Assembly (NCBI RefSeq): GCF_947568905.1 | Contig: NC_079164.1 | Span: 77,500,001-77,564,000 of the forward strand | Length of the DNA stretch: 64,000 nt | Source of the DNA: Ostrea edulis | Lineage: Eukaryota | Direction of reading: 5' to 3' | Shown: piece after piece, positions 26,701 to 38,700 of the stretch | Numbering within the stretch: position 1 is the stretch's first letter | Layout of the letters: the number at the start of each line of letters is the position of its first letter | Notes under the pieces: model-generated | Seen by the model: only the letters and a program-made list of their open reading frames with translations | What the model was told of the DNA's origin: nothing | Database searches by the model: none | Program-made: the position numbers and the translations under genes

Positions 26701-29700
26701 TTGATACATGTAAATGCTTTTAACAGCTAGGATTCCAGATTACCAAAAGCATACAGTCCTTTCATCACTTTGGAAATGTGACTTCATCAGAAGACAGAAT
26801 AATTTTGCTTTGTGACCTGTCCATTAGGTATACTACCGATAAGAAGTTGAATCTGACGATGTTGGACACTCCTAGAGCCTTCATCTGAAGGATCACAGGG
26901 GCGAGGTCTGACCGCTGCATTTCTGGGACAGTTGATGCTTCAAGTCCACCATAACCATCCTCTACAGCAAAAAGTATAATATATACCACCAACAACAAGC
27001 TTTTTAAAACTAAATAGTTCAGTTTAAAGGAAATCAATTTTATGATAACCATAAACTGAATTTGTTTTGTGATGGGATGGGCTTTGATAACAGCCATTTC
27101 AGAAGTTTTAGGAACACTTCTAAATTGTGACACAAATTCCTCATCATCTATGTGACAAAATCAGATTCAAGCTCTGAGGTGATTCATATCTGCACAGAAT
27201 TAGCTCACTATTGCACCTGATATTTACATGTAGCACCCAGTGAAGAACATCCACTTTTAAACTGATTTGAGTTTGTATGCAGTAATGTTCAGCAGTATAA
27301 AACAAGATAATTGTTCTTCTAAAACACACAAATATAAAAAAAAAAAGCCCAAATTGATGAAAAACTTACATAATATATAATGTTATATTAACACTATATA
27401 ACTATCTTTGACCCGCCCTAAAATCATTCACAATTTTGGTACATTCCTTTCTGTTTTTCCTTCATATGCATTTAGGTTAATTCGAGAGATCAAGTGTAAA
27501 TTTGCTTTATACTTATATAAAGAATAAAATCAGGACCATGATTTCACTTTGAGAGATCAAAGTTCCGACTATTGAGAGTCACCTGTATAGTGAAAAAAAT
27601 TACCACCTTGACACCTTAAAGCTTAATCATCCCATTTCTTGTTTAAACTATGCTTAAGATTATGATAAATTTACCATGTTTCTTTAATATTAAGGGATCA
27701 AGCTTTTCCAGATCTGTAAAAGTGTGGACAAGGCCAAATACCTAGGAGAATTTTAGCTAAAGAGGAAATCAATGCTTGACTAAACATCTCACACGAAACA
27801 TGATGTACGATACACCACAACAGACACAGACCAATTAAAATAGGTCACCTAAGTGATGCAGTTGACCTAACAAAGTTAATGTCTTAGTTGAAAGAATTAT
27901 GACCTTGTTCAAAATAAATGGACAAACCTGTGTACAGTCTGAATGCCTTTCCAGCCCTCACTTTACCTGCCCTTCCAGCCCTCACTCTATCTGCCCTCCC
28001 TGCCCTGGACTAACCTGTGTACAGTTTGAATACCTTTCTAGCCCTCACCCTACCAGCCCTCACTCTACCCCCCCCCCAATCTATCCGCCCTCCCAGCCCT
28101 CACTCTACCCGCCCTCCCTCTATCTGCCCTCCCTGCCCTGGACTAACCTGTGTACAGTCTGAATGCCTTTCTAGTCCTCACCCTACCAGCCCCCAGCCCT
28201 CACTCTACCCACCCCCCACTTTATCCGCCCTCCCAGCCCTCACTCTACCCGACCTCCCAGCCCACCCTCACTCTACCCGCCCTCCTCCCTGCCCTCACTC
28301 TACCCGCCCTCCCAGCCCTCACTCTTCCCACCCTCCCTGCCCTCACTCTACCCGCCCTCCCAGCCCTGGACTAACCTGTGAACAGTCTGTATGCCTTTCC
28401 TGCCCTCACTCTTCCTGCCCTCCCAGCCCTTTGTTCTGCTGAGGCCTTGGAGACAGGAATGGTCACCAGAGATTCTGAAATTGATTTAGTCGTCACTTAA
28501 CTAATCATTAAAGAAAAGTGGTTCATGATCTATTATTCTAATTCCCTCACAGCGATATAGATCTTTAGGTTATGAATTAGACCCTCTTATAATTGACTTA
28601 TAAATAATATTTTCAAAAAGATGGTACAATACTCAGCACAATTTGGTGTACAATGGGGGAAAATGAAGAGTATTATAGCATTACCTTAATTAACTTGTAT
28701 GATTTTTAAATAAGCTTACCAACTCCTGATTTTGGATTATATGCCTTCAACTTCACAAATCCACAATCTACAACTATAAAGTAGTCAAATTAATTCAAAC
28801 TGAAACCATTTAATTTTTTTTAACAATGTAATGGCCTCTTACCACTTATCACCACTTTTTCAATATTATCTTATAAGATTTCCTATTTGTGAATGGCAGA
28901 CTATGTCATATCTTCATATAATGTAATAAGAATATTTTAAGAATTATCAAAATTACAATGTCATACAGTATATTGGTGTTATTAAAAGGGTTGGTATTTT
29001 GAGGATTTGCCAATCTAGATTAAGTACTGAATACTACCACTTCTTCACTGACTTTAAATTATTTTCTAAAAATAATCCAAATTAGCTGATGATATTCATT
29101 GATAATATTACTATATGTATATACACTGTAGCACATATTTTCACAATGTTAATTTGAACTAATTGCCACATTGCAATTTTACATGTACTTTCAATAGATT
29201 AGTTAGCAATAACAAGTTATTTCTAATGATGAATGATAAAATTCCTTTCGATGATTCATTGATAAATATTTACATTTCCAATGTTGATGCCTTTGATATC
29301 TTTACAAATTGAAATGATAGGCATTTCCTAATGAACATGATGCAATTGTAAACAATATTGGTAGGTTGAATATTGTTTAACGTCCCTCTCAAAAATATTT
29401 CACTCACATGGAGACGTCACCATTGCCAGTGATGGGCTGCAAAATCTAGGCCTATGCTTGGTTCTTATGGCCTTTATCGTGCCACATCTGCTGTGACACA
29501 GGGCCTTGGTTTTTGCGGTCTCGTCCAAAGGACTGCCCCATTTAGTCAGCTCTTACAAGCAAGGGGTACTGAGGACCTATTCTAACCCAGATCCCCAACA
29601 ATGTATGTTTGAATACAGAACTGCTTGATAAATATAGTATGTATATTTTAACATCTGGGAATTCTAACTGTAATGAAAGTGGAATGTAATTTAATAAATT

Positions 29701-29709
29701 TCATTTTTG

Positions 29710-29740
<31 letters not shown>

Positions 29741-32700
29741 AGATAATGGCCAATTCCAAATATGGCCAAGGTCACAAGAACAAATATTTTGGTACCAATA
29801 GAAAGATCTAGTTAAAATGCTGTGGTATTCATACCTACTTCTTTCATATTTCTTTAGGTGGTTTCACATTATAATGAGAAATTAAAGGCAATACATGCCA
29901 TTTTGAATCTTGACTAGCATTTTGAAAATCATTTAGATGGAATTCAAAGTTGAATAAGCATACATCTTAAATTAACTAGTGCTAGGCAAATTTCAACCAA
30001 GAGGTTGCACATGAGTTTCAAAAGAACAGAGCTGGTGAAAAACTTGTCATACTAGGTGTAATGTATACAGTTCGCATTCAATGTATAGTTTCCCCAAGTT
30101 TTCCGACTCACATTAAATTTAGTTTTAATTTTGTCATTTTGAAAATTGAAAATTGCCGACGTAGGTATTTTTTTTAAATGATACGAATATTCCTGTCGCA
30201 ACTAAACTAAAATAAAAAAATGGATGACGAAGCTGAATCATCCAATAAGATTGAATATTGTTTAACGTCCCTCTTGAGAATCTTTCACTCATATGGAGAC
30301 GTACTTAGAGTCTTTGAGCAGGGATGCATCTTTATCGTGCCACACCTGCTGTGGCACAGGGCCTCGGATTTTGCCTCTTACAACAAGCAAGGCGTACTGA
30401 GGCTCTATTGTAACCCGAATTTCATAAGAACTACAACAAAAGTCGAGATATCTATCCCTAACCCGGGCAATCTAATTAAAATTAGATCCTATGATCCGCT
30501 CATCTGTACTATCCCTATAGTAGAGGAGCAGATCATAGGATCTAATTTTAAAATGTATCCCGGAAAAACAAAATCAAACGTATAGGGTTATTAACTTCAA
30601 ATTTCTAATGATTTTATTCTAATTAATACAGATTAATTTGCCTTCATGCCAGATTAATCTCATTTAATTGACGGAAGAACTGTTTCCAATGTTGGCCGAT
30701 CTAAAAATCGAACGAATTAATCAAAACCAAAGCCATCATAGTACGAGTTAATGTGCACATAGCACTTCCTTTTCCATCCCAGACACGAGCAGATTAGCAC
30801 TGAAACATAGCAGATGCTCTCTAAGAATTTTCCATCGACATCATCATCATGCCTCACAATCGGAGAATTTCCCAGCGACATCATGAGAAGTACTACTCGG
30901 TTCTGTGGTGTAGTGGTTATCACGTTTGCTTTACACGAAGAAGGTCAGATTAGCACTGAAACATAACAGCCGCTCTCTAAGAATTTTCCATCGACATCAT
31001 GGTCATGCCTCACAATAGGAGAATTTTCCACACCAATTCGGGAATGCATCGCCGAGGAAACAGGCTCTCTATTGGGTGAGTCAGAAACCAATTTTTTGCT
31101 ACCTCCAGCTCCAGTCGACAAAATATTCACACATACCCCAATTGGCGCCCACGTGCCACAATATAAAATCAAAATATTCCCACATACAACACTAAAAGTA
31201 GTGCCGAAATCAGGGCTCGCCATTTCATAAATCTAATTCAAACCCCGAGTTTTTTCAACCCAATTGGCGCCCACGTGCCACGTAAAATCTGGGAGGGTAT
31301 ATATATTCATCGGTCTATCCTTTAAAATCTGCGTGGGAAATCTAGGATCCCGTGGACACGCTCGGTCAGATTCATATACAGTGTTTTACTAAATTCATCA
31401 TAACAAATAGAGCCATGTACTCTACTATTCCTCAGATCTCCATTCTTTCCGGTCATGAGGGTCGGCAGTAGAGAGCTTCCACTCCCTATGATCTTTCTCC
31501 GTCAGCTCTCTCCAAAATAGCATTGGCCGACCAACTCTATGTCTCCCAGGAACTTGTATATTTGAGCGCCTTTACGATGCTAGTATACTATACATCTATA
31601 TATATATATCTACTACATTGGTGCCGTTGACCACCCCTTCAGGGCTCGAATTAACATATGCACGTCAGTCTGTGACTGGTTAAAAGTCTGGCGGACTGAC
31701 CGACATTTGTTTTAGTCAGTCTGATGGGACTGGTTAATTTTCTAATGCTTCATTTTGGAAAATATACTTATGAAATCTTATACACACATTTGGCATCCTT
31801 TTGTAGATATCAGATGAACCCGATTAATAAACATTAATCTCACACAAGTGTTACAATATTGTCAGAGACATATTGAGTTAAATTTCATTTTATAATTTAA
31901 ACATCTGTTGGACTGGTAATTTTCTGCGGACTGGTTGAAATTATACCCCATCAGTCCACCTGGACTGGTGAAATAAAAAGTTCGCTTCAAGCCCTGCCTT
32001 GGTCTTGCAGGTGAAGGTCCTGTCAGGGGCCAGAAGAATCTGGGTTAGGTGTCTTCGAGGGCGAAGACTGTTTAAGGCAGGAGGAATGTAGTAATTAGGG
32101 CTATGCGGTCCGTGGATATCGACCTGGATAGCTCAGTGGTTAGAGCACCTGTCTGGTAGTGCAGGGGGTCCTTGGTTCGATTCCCGGTCCAGACAAAGAG
32201 TTTCTCCCCTCTCCTATATATACTAATCATTATATATTTACTACATTTGGTGCTGTTGACTACCCCTGGTCTTGCAGTCGCAGGTCCTGTCAGGGGTCAG
32301 AATCTGGGTTGTGTCTTCGAGGGCGAAGACTGTTTAAGGAGGGAGGAATGTAGTAATTGGGCTATACGGACCGTGAATGTCGGCCTGGATAGCTCAGTGG
32401 TTAGAGCACCTGACTAGTAATGTAGGGGTTCCCGGTATAGCCGAAGCGAGTTTCTCCTCTCACCTATATATAATTCAATATATTATACTACAAATTTGTT
32501 GGTACTTCCGTAGCTGAGCTTTGCAACACATCTTTATAATCATCTAACAAAGGGTTTGTTGTCCCCTATCCTGGGGGAAAGTATCCCCTGAGTAATGGAG
32601 GAACATCATATCGATGTATGTGGCGGGTCCGTAGGGATGGATGGGAGGGTTGTGGGCATATCTGGCTCGTGGTTTCCCTGCCCAGCCATTATGCATAGTG

Positions 32701-35700
32701 GTGGGCGCAATGTTGGGTAGACAGGTTGTCTACAAATGTATGCCATGTAGAGCATGTTATCAAGTAAAAAATGTTGGGTAGACAGGTTGTCTACAAATGT
32801 ATGCCATGTAAGGCAAAGTTTTCGATTGGGGTCATAGCAAAGCCTGCAGGCTTGGGGCCCTCTCCACCTCTCATAACAGGAGGGGAGACTTAGTACTGGA
32901 GTACTTGGGTAGAGAAGTACTACTAACCAGAAGCAATCACCGGGAAGCGGGTATACGGATGTGCTCTCAACAATCTCGGACCCAAATGTCTAGTACCACC
33001 TAAATTTGGGATCCTTGGCACCTGCGCCCAACGCAGGGCCATTGGTTTTGCCCGGTACTTATTAGTCGGTATACCAGCTATCCCTTCTGGACCCAGTTTT
33101 TTATTGTATATCCCACAATGCGGCCGTTTCAATGCCAATTCCCTAATGTCCATCACAGTTCGGAACATATGTTGTACCCTTTTGATTAGTCTTTAATAAA
33201 CATAATAAACTATAATACTCTTGTTGTCTAGTTGGCATCAGGAATGGTAATGGGTATGTGAATATCACCAAATGCAAGGAATCTTATGTTTGTAAGCATT
33301 CCTACCTGACTGTTCAATTAATTTAATATTTAGGGTAAAAAATAAAATAAATTTAATATATTTATGCCATAATTTGAAATGAATAAAATTCGATTATTTT
33401 TCGATTAATCAATCGAAAAGGTGTATCCGATTAATCCGATTGAATTCTTTTTCCTGATTGCCCATCACTAGAAGTCCAGCATACTGTATACCGACTTACT
33501 CCAGCATGCTAGAGGTTCATGGCGAAATACTTTTGACTTGGCACTGCTTCTGAGGTATATAAGGGACGTTAACAGAGTCTAACTTGTTGGAGTACCGACT
33601 TACTATACACAATGCCTGGGATGGTGATCGAGGTCTCTGCTATGTTTGTAGCCACAACAATCTTCCTTGTCGTCCTTCCACATCTCTCAAACACCTTCAT
33701 CTACAGCAAGTATTACAAAACTTTTTAGATATCAATTTTTTCTTAACAATGCACCAGTTTAGTATACAAGTACATACTGTATCTTTTCCTCTCAAAACCA
33801 CAAGATGAACAAATATCCGTTCCCCCCTACAGAGAATTTTTCACATACCTGCTCTGAAGCAGGTAGACTACCATACATTGGTAAAACCTTCATTTTCATG
33901 GCAGCTTGGGTCCTTATGCACTCCTTGGCCACTTCTCTAAGATGATTAATCATTAAATTTAAATATTTTACCCTATTACCCTGTATTTGTACCATATACA
34001 TGTATCAATGACCATGCACATCATCAAAATTGAGCCATTCCTAGCAAAAAAAGGCACTTATTTTATCCAACGTTTTTCAAAAAACGTCATAATCAAAAAA
34101 CGTATGTAACATCATTTTTTGCATACTTGAAAAGAAAAAGGTCATGATTACCAATCACGAGTTGGTTGATCTTTGATTGACTGTAATATCTCAACGACAA
34201 TCAACATTGCATGCTCTAATATTTTGAGGGATGTTCTCTATAGTTCTCACTTTAGCACTAATACACTTAAGGGCCCTTTTTGCTAGGAACAGCTCAAATA
34301 TTTTACCCTATTACCCTATATGTGTACAATATACATGTATCAGTAATCATTACATGTATCAGGTAAGTTAGGCAGACTAGAAGGGTTGACTCAAAGGCGG
34401 ATCAGGAAAATTCACCAAAAATAAAGCGCCAACATTTCTATTTACCGTACATAGATAACACACTTGTTAGATGAAATTGCATTAAAAAAAACAAAGGTAA
34501 AATTTCAGACCACTTTTTTTCTTTTTTTTAAAAAGAAAAATCCACTGAATATTCCTGATGGCCAAATTACCTGATGTCTGGTATATGATGCACTATTCAT
34601 TTATGTACTTTTTAAAAATAATATTCATGAAATTCAGTTGTGTATAATATTACATTTTTTTTATATATATATTTACTGATGCTCTTACATTAATTGTCTT
34701 GTCACAGTTTCAACTTCATCCTAAAAGAAAAGAATCATTCAACTTGTATTATATTGAAAATAGTTTAGCAGAAATTTATATACTCTAGCACTTTTCATGC
34801 TTGTCTTATATACATCATTAAAACACTGGTCTATACATGTATGTATCTAATTTTCTATTCAAACTATGAAACATATCAACTAAATACAAACAATGCAGTT
34901 ATTTCTGCCCTCTTTAAAAAATCACTTATTATGTTTATGGCCAATATAGAATTATATTTAATCTTTTTAAAACAATTTTAAATGCTCCCTCTCTGGAGCC
35001 CCTTTCTTACAAGGTAGCTTGCATGCATGACCTGAAGTGCCCTATTACAGAATGAGCTAACATAAACAACTAAGAGATTCAACATGGCACACCATCATCG
35101 TGACCATGATAAACCTCAGCAGAAGATGACAGTAGGAATGTGGAAAGAATGTTGGAATACCCCAAATGTGGAGTTCCATAACCCAGATCTGAATGAGTTG
35201 TTCGTGAAATATAACAACAGAATGCTAACAAGGCCAGGCATGAGGATATTTGTGCCAATGTGTGGAAAAGCAGTGGAGATGAAATGGCTGTTGGATCATG
35301 GATATAAGGTTGTAGGGCTGGAGGTAGCTCCTGTTCCATGCAAGGCATTCTTTGAGGAGAACAATATTCCTTATCATATCAAAGATATCCACGACATTCA
35401 TGGGGAGAAATATGAAAGCTTAGATGGCAATATTGTCATATATTGCTGTGACTTTTTTCACTTTTCCAGAGAGATTTGTGGAGATTTTGAAGCAATCTGG
35501 GACAGCGGTGGACTAAATTCTATGGATGTTGAAGACAGGCCAGTATATGTTCACAGAATCCGAACACTGATGGGCCAGGGGTGTGTAAATATGACAGAGT
35601 TTGTGAATTTTGATCCCTCAATTGTCGATATTCCTTGGAGCATGACAACAGTAGACCTACAGAAGTGCTTTGGAGAGGGATATAGTATTGAAGATGTATC

Positions 35701-38700
35701 AAAGATGGAGGCCTCTAAGAGATTACAAGATCAAGGCTGTAATTCGGTGCAACTGTTCACTATTACTAAGACCTAAATTTATATACATGTATAGACACTA
35801 ATGTGTCTAAATGAAATCTTTTTATTTTGTTTGCTCAATTCAACACCTTGAGAACAGATGTACCACAAAGACAACAGCATCCACAATTCCTAATGTATAA
35901 CAAACAGGAACTTTTTTTGAAACTGTAGAGTACGTTGGTTTTTTTTTTTTAATTTTACTCAAAAAAGAGAGACTTTTTTCAAACAGGAGAAGTATAAAAA
36001 ATATATACCCCTTTCAGGATTATCTTAGTAACAGTAGTGTAATTCATATTGAAGATTAATACCATGAAAATTGTTAACAGCCATGTATTATATATTATTT
36101 GATCAGGTATTTACCATTATGTGATCAATGTTTACCGACTTCTACATGCACTATCAGGGACGGGAAACAATTCTGCAGTATATGCAAGCAGTGTTAGTTT
36201 GGGTTGTGTTTACTTTCACCATTGTTTAAAGTCAGCTTTTTGTTATTCCCCAAATCCAATGTTTACTAAAAATCAGGTTTATTGTTGCCATAGAAATGTG
36301 TGTTTGTTTCCAGTGATAAGCTCTTTACAAACTTAGTGTACCGGTAACACGTATATTTACTTCCTCAAATCCAAGTTACACATTTTCCTTACTGAAGGGA
36401 TAAGTTACATATTTAGATGAAAAGTAACTTTCATTGTTTTTCACATCAAATACAGGGCAAATGAATAACTTTAACTAATTTGACAATTTTTGCCAAAACG
36501 AGTGCCATATTTATTTATTTTTATATGGTGAATGTTGCATTTATTAGATTGCTACATTACATTATATGTATATGCTTGATGTGTTTTGTTTGATATATTT
36601 TATGAATAAAGATGATTGTAAATGATAAATGTATACAATTCAATCAAATAAATTCTTGAAATTAAGCATACTATCATATGTATTCATTATTATTGGGATA
36701 TTAAAACTCATTTTAAAAGATCCAAAATTAAGAGAGCCCTAATCTTTCAATTGGTGACAGAACTTCATCTTTATTGTGAATTTTCATTGTCAAAGATTAT
36801 GCCAGATGATGGGCTAAATATGAAGAAGATTAGAACAAGATATTTTGTCAGAATGGATAAAGAGTATACTGTTACGAGAAATATATTAAAATCTAATATT
36901 AAGACACGATAAAAGTAAAAACAAAAGTGTTTAGCATTTATCCTTCTGTGTTTAGTACACCAGAAGTGATCGAAGTTACAGATTAAGGTTTAATACAAGA
37001 GGAATATGTACTGGTTCCAGCTAACAAAGCCTGTTCTCAGAGGGTAACAATATGTTTTTTTTCAAATGCTTCTCAACCTATCAGATTTGGGTATTTCACA
37101 TGAAAGTATAATACAATTTGTAGAGATATTAAAAGCAGAAACATTGGAAATGTGAATATTGTTTGATGAATACTCTGTTCTTGTATATAGGGTGACTGGA
37201 GTGATGCGTAAATGCAGTATTTATCGCAATTCACCTTTGAATTAGAACGCTTTACCCGATATAGTATTTCGTTGTGTGACGACACAATAGTTTACGCCAG
37301 CACCGTTTCCGGTTTTAAATATTAGTCACGGTTTATGGGGGATACTGAAAACGCTTTATCAATTAGACGCTTGAAGTAAACAATGGTGAAATATTGTTGT
37401 GTTCCACTTTGTGGTGGTTTTGGGGGTCACAAGTTTCCCACAGATCAGGAATTACTCTTGAAATGGAGGGTAGCGATCAAACAGATGGATAGGAAAACAA
37501 AAAAATTATGGAACCCAGGAAAAGAAGACGTTGTTTGCCATATACACTTCACAGAAGATGACTACAAAATCACCGAATCAGGTTAGATCGAGGTCCTATC
37601 AATCAGTTATATAAAGCTGCATCGTCAATTGATTTGTTGAATTGTTTGAATTTTTCCTTCTTTCAAATATTGATTTATAAAGTTTCTTCATTTTGTCTTG
37701 TATTCGTGTATTGATAACGTTCTTTTTTACATTCTTGAATGCGTTGCTTTGTGGTTTGTTTTTACTCTTTTTCAGGTGCAACTACTGACATGTGGTATGT
37801 ATCACAGTATTCATTTAATATAATACTAGGCTATATGACGAGACATATACTGCTTTGATAAAACGTTACAGGATGAAAGAGTGCTATGATACCATATATG
37901 TATATATATATACACACATATAACCAGCTGAGTCCTGGTCTCCACACAATGTAATTAAAATTAGATCTTCCATCCGCTCCCCAAACTGGGGAGCTGATGG
38001 AAGATCTAATTTTAATTAGATTGGGTCTCCACATTAACAATCACCATTTTCTGGTGTTATTTTCATATATTTGGTGACACCCCCCCCCCCCCCCACCTAA
38101 TATTTTTTACAGTAGAAGTGACTGCTAAAAATGCAAGGTTGAATTTGCTACATGACTATTTATGTAAATCAATTATAACAAATCTAGTTTATAATTAGCG
38201 AATCTTAAAGCTTTTAAATATAAAGTATAACTTACAACCAACATTCCTGTAACATATTCAATTTGTGACAGGTGAACGAAGACGACTTAAGTATGGAGCT
38301 GCGCCCTCTGTTTTTGACTTCAAGAATACCAGTACTACCCAGGAGTCTGACAGAGCTAAGCGAAAGAGGCTGCGAGAGTCTACTCAAGATACATGTACTC
38401 CAATGATTGAAGACCTGCCCATGTATATGGATGAATTGATTGTACATCACGAAGTTGTCGTAGATCAGTCATCTACAAGTATGTCCACATCCATGCCAGA
38501 AGAAATGTGTTCAACAGCTGAGAAAGAAATCCAGTGTGACATACCTACCTTAGGTAGATTTTCAATTGAAGGTATGAAACTGGACACTAAGATGCTTTCT
38601 TATTACACTGGTTTGAATGGCTATGATCATTTCATGCTTCTCTTTAATATTCTTGGGCCAGCAGCTTTTGACTTGAATTACAAATGTGGCTTATTAAGTC

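Larger units (their letters stand above)
31611..32492 (+). mobile_element. Tandem terminal-repeat retrotransposon in miniature (TRIM) with tRNA-containing LTRs
   Basis: LTR remnant ending TACTACA (31617), PBS TGGTGCCGTTGACC, internal region, PPT AAGGCAGGAGGAA, LTR 32087-32245 (TGTAGTA...TACTACA), PBS TGGTGCTGTTGAC, 103-bp internal region, PPT AAGGAGGGAGGAA, LTR 32349-32492. Confidence 0.82.

Noticed and set aside
27899-28442. Pro/Ser/His-rich plus-strand ORFs
   Set aside because: Antisense translations of the exon-16-derived minisatellite.
30220-30585. 121-aa plus-strand ORF
   Set aside because: Runs through a SINE and a foldback MITE; a chance frame.
32121-32440. Two functional tRNA genes
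   Set aside because: The anticodon arm pairs poorly and differs between copies, the second copy lacks the T-arm, and both lie inside LTR-like repeats.
32900-33180. Possible RNase H fragment of a retroelement (minus frame SWYTD**VPGKTNG..GAG..DPK)
   Set aside because: Only a loose motif resemblance with stops; cannot be supported without a TBLASTX or HMM search.
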